NCBI RefSeq assembly: GCF_025612915.1
Contig: NC_069116.1
Span: forward strand, 24,643,051-24,707,050
Direction of reading: 5' to 3'
Source of the DNA: Crassostrea angulata
Lineage: Eukaryota
DNA length: 64,000 bases
The notes beneath the pieces were generated by a model. That model saw only the letters and a program-made list of their open reading frames with translations. It did not search any database and had not been told where the DNA came from. How positions within the stretch are numbered: position 1 is the stretch's first letter; every line of letters begins with the position of its first letter. A program made the position numbers and the translations under genes. Shown in pieces: positions 61,965 through 64,000 of this stretch.

Positions 61965-62110
61965 TGTGTTTTTGTATCCAAAGAATGATCCCACAGTTCA
62001 TGTGATATCAGAAGCAGACGAAGTGACAGAAGGGAATGATGGGAAATACGAGCTCTTTAATCAGGTGGACAAGCAAATCAAAGAGGGAATTAAAAACCTG
62101 ATAGACAATT
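61965..62110 (+). CDS. GTF2H3: TFIIH p34 exon 4 (SVFLYPKNDP...GNDGKYELFNQVDKQIKEGIKNLIDN)
   Basis: Matches human SRFLYPGKNG...[27 protein letters not shown]. Donor GTAAGT. Confidence 0.75.
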
Positions 62111-62416
62111 GTAAGTTTTCTGATGGATATTGGATAAAGATTTGTATAAATTCATTACACTTATTTTGTTTTAAAACCTTCAATGTGATTATCTTACAAT
62201 GAACAACTTATTTCCCTGAATAAAATATTATCTTGTTACATTATTGTATTTAGGTCTGTTTTGATATTATAAGAGCTGGCATTTTTTAGTGCTTGCTGAA
62301 CAATCAATTGAATATTGAGTCAAAATCAACGTTCATTTTATTCTGAATAATAGCAGGTACATGTATGCTATAAAAACAGAATTGCATTTAAAAAGACGTA
62401 TGTTCATTTTTTTCAG

Positions 62417-62539
62417 GTATGAATGGACAACTCTATCCAGACTCGCTTGTTGCTGGTGCTTTGGCCATGGCTCTGTGTCGTATCCTTGGAATATTTTCAG
62501 CAAAGTTGCAATATTGTTTTGAGCATAATATTAATTACT
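62417..62539 (+). CDS. GTF2H3: TFIIH p34 exon 5a (CMNGQLYPDSLVAGALAMALCRIL...); 3' end uncertain
   Basis: Matches human [20 protein letters not shown]. The first usable GT donor (GTAAAT at 62540) adds ~18 aa absent in vertebrates. Confidence 0.4.
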
Positions 62540-62601
62540 GTAAATGCAATTACACATGTACATTTTACTTGCTAGGACATTGTGATTCTTAACTTAAAAA
62601 G

Positions 62602-62660
62602 ATATCAACAAGACAGAGAGGAGTCATGAAGAAGTGGGGATTCTTTCCAGTCGAATTCTG
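62602..62660 (+). CDS. GTF2H3: TFIIH p34 exon 5b (INKTERSHEEVGILSSRIL)
   Basis: Matches human MNKEVKDNQEMKSRIL. Donor GTAAGT. Confidence 0.6.
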
Positions 62661-62810
62661 GTAAGTTTCAGAACATGAACTTTTAAAAAAAATATCTTAT
62701 ACATGTACTGTTTTCATTGAAACAATGACTGATTACCATCAAAACCTAAATTGTTTACACTCCAAATTATATATATGCATAAGAAATCTAAGATTATTTT
62801 TGTGTTCTAG

Positions 62811-62885
62811 GTGATCAAAGGGTCTGAGGACAACACAGAGCAATATATGAATTTAATGAATGCCGTTTTTACAGCCCAGAAACAG
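62811..62885 (+). CDS. GTF2H3: TFIIH p34 exon 6 (VIKGSEDNTEQYMNLMNAVFTAQKQ); GC-AG intron follows
   Basis: Matches human [25 protein letters not shown]. Only the donor CAG|GCATGT at 62886 keeps frame into exon 7. Confidence 0.75.
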
Positions 62886-62982
62886 GCATGTACCATACAT
62901 ATTCACATAACTTACAACCTAAATGCATTGAGATTGATAAAAGAATTGTTTTGAACAAGTGGTGTTTCTTTTCTCTCTGTAG

Positions 62983-63036
62983 AATGTGGTAATCGATGCC
63001 TGTGTTTTGGATAATGAATCAGGACTCCTGCAACAG
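62983..63036 (+). CDS. GTF2H3: TFIIH p34 exon 7 (NVVIDACVLDNESGLLQQ)
   Basis: Matches human NILIDACVLDSDSGLLQQ. Confidence 0.85.
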
Positions 63037-63138
63037 GTTAAGAAAAGCTGGCTCATATTTGAAAAATTGTTTTGTAAAAATGCAGTGATTTATTACTTTT
63101 TTGTAGAATTTACTTAGTGAACACCAGTATCATTTCAG

Positions 63139-63207
63139 GCTTGTGATATAACAGGGGGCATATATTTGAAGATTCCTCAAATGAAAGGACTGTTGCAGTA
63201 CTTGATG
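63139..63207 (+). CDS. GTF2H3: TFIIH p34 exon 8 ([23 protein letters not shown])
   Basis: Matches human [23 protein letters not shown]. Confidence 0.85.
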
Positions 63208-63579
63208 GTTTGTTAGATTTTTTTCTTTATTTGCTTTATGATTTTAAGACTGCAACTTAAATCTCTAATAAACGATGAACCTCCATGCACATGTTGCCCA
63301 AAAAATTTTAATTACACATCAGTCACCAGTAATTTTCTTATTTGACCACTGAAAAAATGTAAAGAAATTGTAAGCAAACTTTAATTTTGCATCGTTATAC
63401 TCTTTTCTTCTAATGTTAAAAGCACCAAATATTGAAATTTTTATCATACTCTCTTTGAATTTGTCAATTTTTTTTTTTAATATCCACATATGATACAATC
63501 TTAATCTACATCAACATGATTATGTGTTTTGAAATAGCATGATTGCAGAAATAGATAATGAATAAATTACATTTTTCAG

Positions 63580-63715
63580 TGGGTTTTCCTTCCCGACCCC
63601 CTTGAGAGAGCAAAGCTGACCCTTCCTCCCAAAGTCCAGGTGGACTACAGAGCTGCATGCTTCTGTCACCGCAACCTCATAGATATCGGATACGTGTGTT
63701 CTGTCTGTCTCTCAA
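63580..63715 (+). CDS. GTF2H3: TFIIH p34 exon 9 ([45 protein letters not shown]; zinc-binding)
   Basis: Matches human [45 protein letters not shown]. Confidence 0.9.
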
Positions 63716-63720
63716 GTAAG

Positions 63721-63723
<3 letters not shown>

Positions 63724-63779
<56 letters not shown>
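63724..63779. repeat. (CT)n microsatellite in GTF2H3 intron
   Basis: About 28 CT repeats. Confidence 0.95.
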
Positions 63780-63783
<4 letters not shown>

Positions 63784-63870
63784 CCAATTTAAATGATATG
63801 TAGTATAATTGGGTTTAAATACTTTGTCCAGTATATTAACATAAGAATTATTTAAATCCATTTATTGTAG

Positions 63871-63907
63871 TATTTTGTGCCTTCAGCCCAATTTGTGGAA
63901 CATGTCA
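63871..63907 (+). CDS. GTF2H3: TFIIH p34 exon 10 (IFCAFSPICGTCQ), gene continues beyond window
   Basis: Matches human IFCNFSPICTTCE. Donor GTAAGT. Confidence 0.8.
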
Positions 63908-64000
63908 GTAAGTAATTAGTAGTTTATATCTAAGATCTTCATTTATTAACGATAAGATACATGTACATGTAACTCTGACTATACATAGAAGACCCCCCTT

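Noticed and set aside
1-64000. Prokaryotic-style interpretation (operons, defence systems)
   Set aside because: Ubiquitous GT-AG introns, orthology to metazoan PARP4, EIF2B1 and GTF2H3, microsatellites and hAT/pearl transposons show this is animal nuclear DNA.

Overview
This window is eukaryotic nuclear DNA with many introns, low-complexity repeats and DNA/retro-transposons. Invertebrate features, including pearl/Cg170-like TIR elements with ~165-bp internal satellites, suggest a bivalve mollusc (oyster-like) genome. It is not prokaryotic. Four things dominate. First, a very large PARP4 (vault poly-ADP-ribose polymerase) orthologue lies on the + strand from 9909 to 53554. I reconstructed about 41 phase-consistent GT/GC-AG exons encoding BRCT, PARP catalytic, VIT, vWA, an unexpected internal ubiquitin-like domain ending in RLRGG, a 2.7-kb low-complexity exon, and the C-terminal MVP-binding domain. 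The low-complexity exon carries RNA polymerase II CTD-like YSPTSPA heptads and a long RS/RD/W-rich region. Second, one PARP4 intron contains a roughly 9.8-kb perfect palindrome (29.4-39.2 kb) built from two inverted arrays of a 21/105-bp satellite. The unit has no stop codon in any of the six frames, which explains the huge overlapping ORFs, and two pearl-like TIR elements sit nearby. Third, a head-to-head EIF2B1 (- strand, 9 exons, about 303 aa) and GTF2H3/TFIIH-p34 (+ strand) pair shares a roughly 270-bp bidirectional promoter, the same arrangement as in vertebrates. Two consecutive EIF2B1 introns begin with tandem arrays copied from the preceding exon end plus its splice donor. Fourth, mobile elements include a 5'-truncated reverse-transcriptase pseudogene with an internal duplication. 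There is also an hAT transposon whose BED-finger exon, (CT)n-containing intron and transposase body carry a single frameshift. Two well-supported GC-AG introns share the donor AG|GCATGT. All coordinates come from manual splice-site and phase analysis and should be treated as approximate.
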